Positions 27,463-35,829 of a DNA stretch of 40,414 bases are shown piece after piece. The notes under the pieces are model-generated. The model was not told the DNA's origin and did no database searches. It was given only the letters and a program-made list of their open reading frames with translations. The DNA is from Candidatus Omnitrophota bacterium (GTDB taxonomy: Bacteria > Omnitrophota > Gorgyraeia > Pluralincolimonadales > Pluralincolimonadaceae). Within the stretch, counting starts at the first letter, position 1. The number at the start of each line of letters is the position of its first letter. A program made the position numbers and the translations under genes. The stretch lies in the NCBI GenBank assembly GCA_028715315.1, contig JAQUSA010000001.1, positions 1 through 40,414 of the forward strand, written 5' to 3'.

Positions 27463-28639
27463 GACGATAATGCATATAGACATGGACGCGTTCTTCGCCT
27501 CGATAGAGCAGGCGTCCGACCCGCGCCTTCGCGGCAAGCCCGTAATAGTCGGGGGCAGGGCGGACAAACAGAGGACCGTCGTATGCGCGGCCTCGTACGA
27601 GGCTAAGCGCCTTGGCATAGATTCCGCGATGAGCTGCGCCGAGGCATTCAGGATATGCCCGCAGGCGGAATTCGTGGCCGCCGATACCGCGAAATATATA
27701 TTCACGTCCCGCGCGATATTCGATATGCTCAAACCCTACAGCCCGCACGTCGAGCAGGCCTCTGTCGACGAGTTCTGCCTTGACATGACGGATACGGAAA
27801 AGTTCCTGGGCCCGGCCGAAGAGGTCGCGCGCGGGATAAAAAGCCGCATAAGGTCGGAATTCGGCATAACGGCTTCCGTTGGCATATCGGAGAACAGGCT
27901 CTTCGCTAAGATAGCCTCAAAATTAAAAAAGCCCGACGGGCTCTTCGTGCTGGATAAGGAGGATATAGCGTCCACGCTTAAGGATATGCCGGTAGAGAAG
28001 ATAACCGGCATAGGCAGCAGCCTGAAGCGGACGCTCAACGGTTTCGGGATATTCATCTATTCCGACATGGCCCGGTTCGGCAGGGAATTTTATTTCAACG
28101 AGTTCGGTAAGCTCGGGCTTTGGCTCTACGGCGTATCGCGCGGGGAGGACGGCGGATTCGTGCCTTCATGGCACGGGGAAGAGGCCCCTCCGAAGTCGGT
28201 AGGCCATTCGTACACGCTCCCTTATAACGCGCATAACCCGGAACTTATAAGGGCATGGCTCAGGCTATTATGCGAGATGGTCGCCTCCCGGCTGCGCGCG
28301 CTCGAGCTCGAGGGCAGGTGCCTGCACGTATTCCTGAGGCGGCCGGACCTGGTTTTCGTATCGAAGCAGAAGAGGTTCCAGGTGCCTACGGCCGACGGGG
28401 CGGAAATATTCATGCGGGCCATGGCGGTGATCAATGACCGCCTGCCTCGCGGATTGGAGAAGTTCCGGATGCGCGCGCTCGGGGTAAGCGCCTCAATGCT
28501 TACGCCTGCCGGCGGCAGCTGCCTTTTCGAGTCCGAGAGGAAGAGGATGGACCTGATAAGGTCGATCGACGGGATAAACGGCAAGTACGGGGAATGGACG
28601 GTCTATCCGGCGGGGGTGAACGGGATCCGGCCTACATGA
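27455..28639 (+). CDS. dinB: Y-family DNA polymerase IV (DinB)
   Basis: Catalytic motifs HIDMDAFFASIEQ and SVDEFCLDMT, plus SVGISENRLFAKIASKLKKPDG. The start is TTG 27455 (GGAGG 9 nt upstream) or ATG 27470. Confidence 0.9.
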   Translation: MNRTIMHIDMDAFFASIEQASDPRLRGKPVIVGGRADKQRTVVCAASYEAKRLGIDSAMSCAEAFRICPQAEFVAADTAKYIFTSRAIFDMLKPYSPHVEQASVDEFCLDMTDTEKFLGPAEEVARGIKSRIRSEFGITASVGISENRLFAKIASKLKKPDGLFVLDKEDIASTLKDMPVEKITGIGSSLKRTLNGFGIFIYSDMARFGREFYFNEFGKLGLWLYGVSRGEDGGFVPSWHGEEAPPKSVGHSYTLPYNAHNPELIRAWLRLLCEMVASRLRALELEGRCLHVFLRRPDLVFVSKQKRFQVPTADGAEIFMRAMAVINDRLPRGLEKFRMRALGVSASMLTPAGGSCLFESERKRMDLIRSIDGINGKYGEWTVYPAGVNGIRPT

Positions 28640-29864
28640 GCGAGCCGGAAAGGTTCCTCAGGACGTGCACGGCCTCTTCTACTATAGCGGGGTCAAACTG
28701 GGTCCCGGAACATTTCTCTATCTCGTCGCAGGCGGTCTCCTTGGACATCGCCTTGCGGTATGTCCTCGTAGACGTCATCGCGTCGAAGGCGTCAGCGATG
28801 GATATGATCTTCGTGCCGAGGGGTATCTGGTCGCCCTTGAGGCCTATCGGGTAACCCCTGCCGTCGAAACGTTCGTGGTCCGAGCTGGCTATAAGGGCCA
28901 CATCCTTAAAATCGGTTATCGTCTCGAGCAGTTCGCGCGTATAGACCGCGTGTAATTTTACGGTCTCGAATTCCTCGGGCGTAAGCTTCCCGGGCTTGTT
29001 TATGAGGCTCCTCGCTATCCCGAGCTTGCCGACATCGTGCAGCAAAGCCGACCATTTTGTCTTCGTGATATCGTCATGCGAGAGGTTCATGGCCAGCGCG
29101 ATAAGCATCGAGTAGACCGAGACCCTCTTGGAATGGCCGATCATGGACGGGTGTTTCGTGTCGATCAGCTGGGAGAAGACCTCGCAGGCGATGCCGACGG
29201 CATCGACGCTCGCGGGTATATCCACCTGGCCGGTCTCGGCCCTTACCCTCTTGAATATGTCGGAGATCTTATCCTTTTCCGTGACCTCGTCCAGCATCTT
29301 CCCGTTCTTCAGTATATCCAGGACGGAATCCACCATCCCCGCCGACGCGCGCTCGTTCCTCCAGGATGACATCGCTTTTTCGACGTCGACCATGCCGCGT
29401 ATGGACTCATCCCTTAACAGCAGGTCGAGCTGGTCGGCGATCTGTATGATCTGCGCGCCGAGCGGTATCTCGCCGCGCTGCCTGCCGAGGGGGTAACCCT
29501 TGCCGTTGTACCACTCGTGATGGTTGAGTATCAGTTTCGCTATAGTCGAGAGGTTCGGTATCTGGCTGGTCAGTTCGGCGCCGATTATCGTATGGGACAA
29601 TATTATCGGGTTCTGCCGCGGGTCTTCGTGCGTGAAGAGGTAATGGGTTATATGCTCCGGCAAGGCCAGGTAGCCTATGTCGTGGAGAAGAGAGGCGTAA
29701 AAAATATCTTTTCTCTCTGCGGGTGCGATCGCCTTGGCGAATTCGGACGAGAAGATGCCGACGCGCCATGAGTGGTAGAGGTTGGTGCCTTCGCTCATCA
29801 CGTCGAGCACGTAGGCGATAGCGGAGACCAGCTCATTTATCGTTCTGGTAGTATTTATCTCCAT
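28632..29864 (-). CDS. tandem HD-GYP domain protein (putative c-di-GMP phosphodiesterase)
   Basis: Domain 1: HSWRVG...LLHDIGYL...HHEWYNGKGYPLG. Domain 2: HSKRVS...LLHDVGKLG...DHERFDGRGYPIGLKGDQIPLG...ADAFDAMTSTRTYR. This is the only minus-strand gene. Confidence 0.85.
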   Translation of the reverse strand: MEINTTRTINELVSAIAYVLDVMSEGTNLYHSWRVGIFSSEFAKAIAPAERKDIFYASLLHDIGYLALPEHITHYLFTHEDPRQNPIILSHTIIGAELTSQIPNLSTIAKLILNHHEWYNGKGYPLGRQRGEIPLGAQIIQIADQLDLLLRDESIRGMVDVEKAMSSWRNERASAGMVDSVLDILKNGKMLDEVTEKDKISDIFKRVRAETGQVDIPASVDAVGIACEVFSQLIDTKHPSMIGHSKRVSVYSMLIALAMNLSHDDITKTKWSALLHDVGKLGIARSLINKPGKLTPEEFETVKLHAVYTRELLETITDFKDVALIASSDHERFDGRGYPIGLKGDQIPLGTKIISIADAFDAMTSTRTYRKAMSKETACDEIEKCSGTQFDPAIVEEAVHVLRNLSGSLM

Positions 29865-29873
29865 GCTCGTAAT

Positions 29874-29925
29874 AAATTAGCACATAAGTTTTGCATTGTC
29901 AATCCGGCTCTTCAGGCGGTATAAT
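29874..29925. promoter_or_regulatory. divergent back-to-back promoters with overlapping -35 hexamers
   Basis: + strand: TTGTCA (29896-29901), 18 nt, TATAAT (29920-29925), with ATG 29934 8 nt later. - strand: TTGACA (complement of 29897-29902), 17 nt, TAATTT (complement of 29874-29879), with ATG 9 nt later. Neither gene has an SD. Confidence 0.55.
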
Positions 29926-29933
29926 CATCTGCG

Positions 29934-30551
29934 ATGAGAGGAATAAATATCGTCTATGAGGATGACCGCGTGATGGTCGTCGAGAAACCCGCGGGGATGC
30001 TCGTGGTTCCGGCGCCCGGCAGTAACCACAATACGCTTACGGACCTGTTGAATAAAGAGCGGGTTGGCCCGGCAGTTCATCCGTGCCATAGAATTGACAT
30101 GGATACGTCCGGGCTGATACTATATGCGAAGGGAAAGGGCACCCAGGAGGCGCTGATGGAAGATTTCAAGCAGCGCCGCGTGAAGAAGTCGTATATCGCG
30201 TTCGTGAACGGCCGCATCGGGAATAAGGAGGGCGCGATCGAGCGCCCCATCGAGGGAAAGAGGGCCGTCACGAAATACAGGCTTACGGAGCAGAGGAAGG
30301 ATTTCGCGGTCCTCGATGTCGAGCCCGTAACGGGCCGCACGAACCAGATAAGGATACACCTAAAGGCCGTAGGCCATCCGCTGGTAGGCGAGAGGAAGTT
30401 CGCGTTTGCGAAGGATTTCAAGCTAAAGTTCCGGCGTGCCGCGCTCCATTCGCATAAGATAGGGTTTTCGCACCCGGGTACGGGCGAGGCGATGTCGTTC
30501 GTCTCTCCGATGCCGGATGACATGAAGAAGTTCCTCGAAGAAAACAAGTGA
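29934..30551 (+). CDS. RluA-family RNA pseudouridine synthase (no S4 domain)
   Basis: Motifs VVEKPAGMLV, HRIDMDTSGLILYAKG (catalytic Asp), GRTNQIRIHL. Confidence 0.85.
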   Translation: MRGINIVYEDDRVMVVEKPAGMLVVPAPGSNHNTLTDLLNKERVGPAVHPCHRIDMDTSGLILYAKGKGTQEALMEDFKQRRVKKSYIAFVNGRIGNKEGAIERPIEGKRAVTKYRLTEQRKDFAVLDVEPVTGRTNQIRIHLKAVGHPLVGERKFAFAKDFKLKFRRAALHSHKIGFSHPGTGEAMSFVSPMPDDMKKFLEENK

Positions 30552-30564
30552 AAGGAGGTCGGAG

Positions 30565-31251
30565 ATGAGAAGGGCATTTGCATTTGTGATGGTAGTGGTG
30601 TTTTTTGCGTCGATGTCGGCCGCGAACCCGAAGGCTTACGCCGACAAATGGGAAGACCTGATAACTGAGTCGGGGAAAGTCCTAGGCGAAGTCAACTCCA
30701 TGCCGGATACCGGGATCCCGTCCGACATGTTCAAGAAATGCAGGGCGATAGCGATATTCCCGTCTACGGTCGGCGGCGGCTTCATATTCGGCGCGAAATA
30801 CGGCCAGGGCGTCGTGCTTTACAGGGATGACAAGGGTGTCTGGAGTCCCCCAGCCGTGTTTAATATAGGAGGGGGAAGCTTCGGCTGGCAGATAGGCGGC
30901 CAGGCGACGGACCTCATACTGGTCATGATGAATGACCGCGGCGTGGACGGTTTCCTCGCGAGCAAATTCACGTTGGGAGCCGACGCTTCGGTCGCGGCGG
31001 GCCCCGTCGGTAGGGACACGCAGGCTTCGACCGACCTCCAGCTCAAGGGCGGCATATTCTCGTATTCGAGGTCGCGCGGAGCGTTTGCCGGCGTTAAGGT
31101 CGAGGGCAGCGGCATATCGCAAAACAAGGAAGGCAACAAGGCTTTGTACAAGCAGGACCTTTCCGCTAAGGAGATCCTGAAGGAAGGGAAAGCGAAGCCG
31201 ACGGCCGCGGGCCAGGCGCTTATCAAGGATTTACAGAAATACAGCAAGTAA
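30565..31251 (+). CDS. secreted SYLF (Ysc84/DUF500) lipid-binding domain protein
   Basis: Signal peptide, then [24 protein letters not shown]...[19 protein letters not shown]...[20 protein letters not shown] lies 6 nt upstream. Confidence 0.8.
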   Translation: MRRAFAFVMVVVFFASMSAANPKAYADKWEDLITESGKVLGEVNSMPDTGIPSDMFKKCRAIAIFPSTVGGGFIFGAKYGQGVVLYRDDKGVWSPPAVFNIGGGSFGWQIGGQATDLILVMMNDRGVDGFLASKFTLGADASVAAGPVGRDTQASTDLQLKGGIFSYSRSRGAFAGVKVEGSGISQNKEGNKALYKQDLSAKEILKEGKAKPTAAGQALIKDLQKYSK

Positions 31252-31258
31252 AATACAA

Positions 31259-31298
31259 GGGGACGGTTCTCCGATTGGCTCAAGGACCGTCCCTTTTT
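31259..31298 (+). terminator. intrinsic terminator hairpin, copy 3 of the conserved element
   Basis: GGGGACGGTTCT / loop CCGATTGGCTCA (identical to copy 1) / AGGACCGTCCCT, then TTTT. The stem has one G-U pair. Confidence 0.8.
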
Positions 31299-31334
31299 GC
31301 GTTCATATCACTTATTGTCATGGGGGGCGATTCC

Positions 31335-31343
31335 TGTTATAAT
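31335..31343 (+). promoter_or_regulatory. extended -10 element TGtTATAAT for yjbQ
   Basis: Ends 9 nt before ATG 31353, just downstream of terminator copy 3. Confidence 0.5.
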
Positions 31344-31352
31344 CATCGTACG

Positions 31353-31769
31353 ATGAAGTCCTACACGGAGTACCTATTTTTCAATACGGAGAAGCGTTAC
31401 GATATCCTGAACATTACCCCTCAAGTCGAAAAGGCCATTGATAAGAGCGGGATAAAGGAAGGCCTCTGCCTTGTCAACGCGATGCATATCACGGCGAGCG
31501 TCTTCATAAACGATGACGAATCGGGCCTCCATAAGGATTTCCTGGACTGGGTGGAAAGGCTCGCCCCGTTCGGCAAGGATAAGTACAGGCATAACATGAC
31601 CGGCGAGGATAACGGCGACGCGCACCTGAAAAGGACCATAATGGGCCGCGAGGTCGTCGTGGCCGTCACGAAAGGAAAGATGGATTTCGGGCCGTGGGAG
31701 CAGATATTCTACGGCGAGTTCGACGGCCGGAGGAAGAAGAGGGTCCTTGTGAAGGTCATAGGGGAGTGA
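31353..31769 (+). CDS. yjbQ: YjbQ/UPF0047 family protein (secondary thiamine-phosphate synthase-like)
   Basis: Motifs [68 protein letters not shown]. TGtTATAAT at 31335-31343 lies 9 nt before ATG 31353, so the ORF-track start at 31275 is rejected. Confidence 0.85.
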   Translation: MKSYTEYLFFNTEKRYDILNITPQVEKAIDKSGIKEGLCLVNAMHITASVFINDDESGLHKDFLDWVERLAPFGKDKYRHNMTGEDNGDAHLKRTIMGREVVVAVTKGKMDFGPWEQIFYGEFDGRRKKRVLVKVIGE

Positions 31770-31770
31770 T

Positions 31771-32781
31771 ATGAAGACGACGGCATCCGACGGGCTGTTT
31801 TTCCAGTGGCATATTACAGACGCGTGTAATTTCAGGTGCAGGCACTGCTACCAGCACGACTTTACGCATAATTCCGAGCTGGCGCTGCCGGAACTCATAA
31901 AAGTATATGAGAATATCGCCTCTTGCGCGGGAGGCAGGAAGATAAACCTGAACATAACAGGCGGGGAGCCGTTCCTGAGGAAGGACCTCTACGAGCTGCT
32001 GCGTTACCTCGACAAGCACCAGGATACCGGCGAGCTCATGTTGATAACCAACGCGAGCCTTATCGACGAAAAGGCGCTCGACGCCCTGGGCGGCGTGAAG
32101 AAACTTAAGGCGATCAAGATATCCCTCGACGGCGCGACCGAGAAGACGAACGACGCTATAAGGAGGCCGGGGGCTTTCAGGACCGCGCTCGAGAAGGTCA
32201 ACCTGATACAGGAGAGGGCCGGCCTCGAGGTCATAATAATGCTTACGCTGATGCGATCGAACGCCTACGAAATACCCGCGATCTTCAACCTCTGCAGGGA
32301 ACTGAGGGTGGACGGCCTTATGCTGGAGCGGTTTATCCCGCTCGGCCAGAGCGGCGCACTGAAATCCGAGGTGATCACGAAAGAGGACTGGAAGAGGACC
32401 GTAAAAGATATATGCGAATACCTGGAAGTCGACCTCGCCGAGAGCGAGATACTCCCCTGCAAGGCCTTCTGGGTGAAGTTCGAAGGCGATGACGCGCGGC
32501 TGCTTACCGCGGAATGCAACCTCGGCGATGACGCGTTCGCGATAATGCCGAACGGCGGCCTGCTTCCGTGCCGCAGGTTCGACCTCGTGCTCGGAAACCT
32601 GCTTAAGGACAAATTCACGGATATTGTGAAACGGAGCAGCGTGCTCCGCGATATAGCGGACAAGTCAAAACTTAAGGGCAAATGCCGCAATTGCCAGATT
32701 GACCGCTGCCGCGGGTGCAGGGCGATGGCTTACGCGGTGGATAAGGATTATTTGGCGGAGGATAACCTGTGCTGGCTATAA
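31771..32781 (+). CDS. radical SAM enzyme with C-terminal SPASM domain
   Basis: CNFRCRHC (CX3CX2C) at 31825-31848 and GGEPFL. SPASM-type Cys pattern: C-x13-G-x4-C (CNLGDDAFAIMPNGGLLPC), then CRNCQIDRCRGC and a terminal C (NLCW). Confidence 0.85.
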   Translation: MKTTASDGLFFQWHITDACNFRCRHCYQHDFTHNSELALPELIKVYENIASCAGGRKINLNITGGEPFLRKDLYELLRYLDKHQDTGELMLITNASLIDEKALDALGGVKKLKAIKISLDGATEKTNDAIRRPGAFRTALEKVNLIQERAGLEVIIMLTLMRSNAYEIPAIFNLCRELRVDGLMLERFIPLGQSGALKSEVITKEDWKRTVKDICEYLEVDLAESEILPCKAFWVKFEGDDARLLTAECNLGDDAFAIMPNGGLLPCRRFDLVLGNLLKDKFTDIVKRSSVLRDIADKSKLKGKCRNCQIDRCRGCRAMAYAVDKDYLAEDNLCWL

Positions 32782-32786
32782 GGAAA

Positions 32787-33839
32787 ATGAAGAAAGTCGG
32801 TAACAAGACCCGGATCATATGCACGCTCGGCCCCGCGAGCGCTTCACTGCCGGTCATAAGGAAGATGGGCGAGGCAGGCATGGGCGTGGCCCGCCTTAAT
32901 TTCTCCCATTCTTCGTATAAGGACCAGGAAGCCAAGATAAAGATTATCAGGGAGATAAATAAGGGGCTCGGAAAGCCAATAAAAATACTGCAGGACCTCG
33001 AAGGATACAGGATAAGGATAGGAAAGCTTGACGGCGGCAGGCCGGTGGAGGTAAGGAAGCGCCAGAAGGTCATATTGACGAATCGCTGTGCCGTCGGAAG
33101 CGGCAACGTGGTGCCTTTCGATTATCACGGTTCCCTATGCGACATCAGGGGCGCGGAGTTCATATACATAGACGACGGCAATATCGCCTTGAAGGTGAAG
33201 AAGGTATGCAGGGACCGCGTAGAGGCGTCGGTCTGGGCCGGCGGCCTGATAAGGGAGAGGAAGGGCATCAATATGCCCGGCGCGAAGCTGAAGTTTTCGG
33301 GCCTGACGGCCAAGGACAAGAAGGATATCGCGTTCGGGATAAAACATAAGGTGGATTTCATCGCGCAGTCATTCGTCAGGAATGAGGAAGATATCATGCG
33401 GATCGTGAAACTCGTCAAGCCGCGCCTCCCGGATTGCAAAGTGGTCGCGAAGATAGAGAACCGCGACGGGATAAGGAACATAGACGAGATCCTCGCGGCC
33501 TGCGACGGCATCATGATAGCGAGGGGCGACATGGGCGTCTCGATGCCGATACAGCAGATACCGATAATCCAGAAGATAATAATCAAGAGATGCAACCGCG
33601 ATGACAAGTTCGCCATCACGGCGACGCAGATGCTCGAGAGCATGACAGAGAGCCTGCGCCCGACGCGCGCCGAGGTCACCGATGTGGCCAACGCGATAAT
33701 GGACGGCACGAATTACGTCATGCTCTCCGGAGAGACGGCCGTGGGCCGGCATCCGGTCGAGACCGTCAGGATGATGGAGGATATAATAGATTTCACCGAG
33801 GGATACCTCTACGGCAGGTTCCTGCCTTTAGGCAAATAG
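32787..33839 (+). CDS. pyk: pyruvate kinase, A+B domains only (no C-terminal domain)
   Basis: Motifs RIICTLGPAS, ARLNFSH, AKIENRDGIRNIDEI, MIARGDMGV, ATQMLESM...RPTRAEVTDVANAIMDGT..VMLSGETA. 350 aa, with the stop about 20 residues after the last A-domain helix. AAGGA SD precedes ATG 32787. Confidence 0.8.
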   Translation: MKKVGNKTRIICTLGPASASLPVIRKMGEAGMGVARLNFSHSSYKDQEAKIKIIREINKGLGKPIKILQDLEGYRIRIGKLDGGRPVEVRKRQKVILTNRCAVGSGNVVPFDYHGSLCDIRGAEFIYIDDGNIALKVKKVCRDRVEASVWAGGLIRERKGINMPGAKLKFSGLTAKDKKDIAFGIKHKVDFIAQSFVRNEEDIMRIVKLVKPRLPDCKVVAKIENRDGIRNIDEILAACDGIMIARGDMGVSMPIQQIPIIQKIIIKRCNRDDKFAITATQMLESMTESLRPTRAEVTDVANAIMDGTNYVMLSGETAVGRHPVETVRMMEDIIDFTEGYLYGRFLPLGK

Positions 33840-33857
33840 AAAAGGAAGGGATGCGCG

Positions 33858-34130
33858 ATGCCACATTATGATTATGAGTGCCAGAAATGCAAGCACGTCT
33901 TCGAGATCTACCAATCGATGACCTCCGGGCACCTTAAGAAGTGCCCGAAATGCAAAGGCCCCCTGAAGAGGCTTATAGGCGGCGGGGCGGGGATAATATT
34001 CAAGGGCACCGGTTTCTACGAGACGGATTACAAGAAGAAATTAGGGCCGGAGCCCATGCCGAGGCCCGGAGCGAAGCCCTGCGAAAAGGCGGCATCAAGC
34101 TGCCCGGCGAACTGCAAGCACAAACATTGA
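33858..34130 (+). CDS. FmdB-family zinc-ribbon protein
   Basis: MPHYDYECQKCKHVFE...KKCPKCKG..KRL...GIIFKGTGFY is the canonical FmdB/CxxC-CxxC signature. Confidence 0.85.
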   Translation: MPHYDYECQKCKHVFEIYQSMTSGHLKKCPKCKGPLKRLIGGGAGIIFKGTGFYETDYKKKLGPEPMPRPGAKPCEKAASSCPANCKHKH

Positions 34131-34160
34131 GGTCCCGCAAGGGACATGAGGACTAGGGAA

Positions 34161-35192
34161 ATGCGCGTAGCGATGTATTACGGCAACAAGGATGTACGTA
34201 CCGAAGAGGCGCCCGTCCCCGAAATAGGCGCCGGCGAGATACTTGTCCGCGTCATGGCCAGCGGCATCTGCGGAAGCGACGTCATGGAATGGTACCGCAA
34301 GGACAGGGTCCCGCTCGTGCTCGGGCACGAGATAGCCGGCACCGTGGAGAAGGCAGGAGCAGGAGCCAAAGACTTGAGGCGTAACGATCGCGTAGCCGTA
34401 TCTCACCACGTCCCGTGCGGAAGCTGCCGCTATTGCCTGAAAGGCCACGAGACCGCCTGCGAAACGCTGCGCAAGACGAATTTCTTCCCCGGCGGTTTCG
34501 CGGAGTTTGTCCGCGTCCCGGCGATAAATATCGAGAAAGGCGGCGTCTACCCTATCCCGGATAACGTATCCTTCGAGGACGCTACTTTTATCGAGCCGCT
34601 CGCGTGTGTGCTGAGGGGGCAGAGGATAGCGGGAGTAAAGAAGGGCGATACGGTCCTTGTAATCGGAAGCGGGATATCGGGCCTGCTGCATGTAAAATAC
34701 GCGCGCGCGTCCGGCGCGGGCGTCATTGCCGCGACCGACCTGTCCAAATACCGCCTTGATGCCGCGAAACGCGCCGGTGCCGGGCACGTGTTCGATGCAG
34801 CGGAGTATTCACCGCAGAAGCTGAAAGAGATTAACGGCGGTTTTTTAGCGGACGTCGTGATAATATGCGCCGGGGCAGGCCCTGCCGTGCGGCAGGGGCT
34901 CGATTCCGTCGAGCGCGGCGGAACGGTGCTGTTCTTTGCGGCCGCCGAGAAAGACCTTGCGATACAGAAGCCCATTAATGATATATTCTGGAGGAGCGAG
35001 ACCGCGCTCACGAGCTCCTATGCCGCGACTCCCGCGGAACATCTCGAGGCGATGCGTTTGATAAGTTCCGGCAGGGTCGCCGTAAAAGATATGATAACCC
35101 ACAGGTTCGGCCTCGCGCAGGCGCAGGAGGGCTTCGGGCTGGTCGCGGGAGCGAAGGATTCGATCAAAGTAATAATAGAACCCCAGAAATAA
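34161..35192 (+). CDS. zinc-dependent medium-chain alcohol/polyol dehydrogenase (sorbitol/threonine DH-like)
   Basis: Motifs GICGSDVMEW, GHEIAGTV, structural Zn Cys cluster CGSCRYCLKGHETAC, and Rossmann VLVIGSGISG. GAGGA SD lies 8 nt before ATG 34161; ATG 34146 is an alternative. Confidence 0.85.
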   Translation: MRVAMYYGNKDVRTEEAPVPEIGAGEILVRVMASGICGSDVMEWYRKDRVPLVLGHEIAGTVEKAGAGAKDLRRNDRVAVSHHVPCGSCRYCLKGHETACETLRKTNFFPGGFAEFVRVPAINIEKGGVYPIPDNVSFEDATFIEPLACVLRGQRIAGVKKGDTVLVIGSGISGLLHVKYARASGAGVIAATDLSKYRLDAAKRAGAGHVFDAAEYSPQKLKEINGGFLADVVIICAGAGPAVRQGLDSVERGGTVLFFAAAEKDLAIQKPINDIFWRSETALTSSYAATPAEHLEAMRLISSGRVAVKDMITHRFGLAQAQEGFGLVAGAKDSIKVIIEPQK

Positions 35193-35207
35193 AAAGGAGG
35201 CCATGTC

Positions 35208-35765
35208 ATGCCTGTAATTTCGATCCTGTTGATCGCAGCCGTAGTCGCGGTGGTTTGGCTCGTAATTATTTATAACGGCCTCGTCCGGCTGAAGATCAGG
35301 GTGGCGAACGGTTGGTCGCAGATCGACGTGCAGCTGAAGAGGAGGCACGACCTGATACCGAACCTCGTCGAGACCGCCAGGGGCTACATGAAGTTCGAGA
35401 AGGAGACCCTCGAGAGCGTCATAAAGGCGCGCACCCAGGCTACGCAGGCGACGACCGTAAAGGACAAGGAAGGCGCCGAGAACATGCTGACCGGAGCTTT
35501 GCGTTCGCTCTTTGCCGTGGCGGAAAAGTATCCCGAGCTGAAAGCAGGCCAGAACATGATAGCGCTCCAGGAAGAGCTGGCCTCGACCGAGGACAGGATC
35601 GCCTCGTCAAGGCAGTTCTATAACGACGAGGTCACGAGATACAATACGGCGGTCAAGACATTCCCCGCGAACACCGTCGCTCCGGCCTTCGGCTTCACGG
35701 CCGCCGAATTTTTCGAACTGAAAGACCTGGCCCAGAAGGAACCGCCCAAAGTCAATTTCGCGTAG
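35208..35765 (+). CDS. lemA: LemA family protein
   Basis: N-terminal TM, then YNGLVRLKIRVANGWSQIDVQLKRRHDLIPNLVETA...YPELKA......LQEEL..TEDRIA..R..YN. GGAGG SD lies 7 nt upstream. Confidence 0.88.
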   Translation: MPVISILLIAAVVAVVWLVIIYNGLVRLKIRVANGWSQIDVQLKRRHDLIPNLVETARGYMKFEKETLESVIKARTQATQATTVKDKEGAENMLTGALRSLFAVAEKYPELKAGQNMIALQEELASTEDRIASSRQFYNDEVTRYNTAVKTFPANTVAPAFGFTAAEFFELKDLAQKEPPKVNFA

Positions 35766-35771
35766 AACGTA

Positions 35772-35799
35772 TTGAAAAAACACGCGAATAAGGTATAAT
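35772..35799 (+). promoter_or_regulatory. sigma70-type promoter for the aldolase gene
   Basis: TTGAAA (35772-35777), 16 nt, TATAAT (35794-35799). Followed by a 30-nt leader with an AAGGAG SD. Confidence 0.5.
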
Positions 35800-35829
35800 T
35801 TAACCACTAGCCGCAAAAGGAGATACAGC

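Noticed and set aside
31629-31645. Short palindrome CCATAATGG inside yjbQ, noticed while searching for extra copies of the lexA-promoter palindrome.
   Set aside because: It shares only a partial half-site, lies inside a coding region, and has different spacing. It is most likely chance.
34132-34145. Perfect GTCCC-GCAA-GGGAC hairpin (GNRA tetraloop) between the FmdB gene and the ADH gene.
   Set aside because: It was considered as a terminator, but it has only a 5-bp stem and no T-run. It does not match the conserved 36-nt element beyond the GGGAC/GTCCC core. At most it is a minor mRNA structure near the ADH ribosome-binding site.
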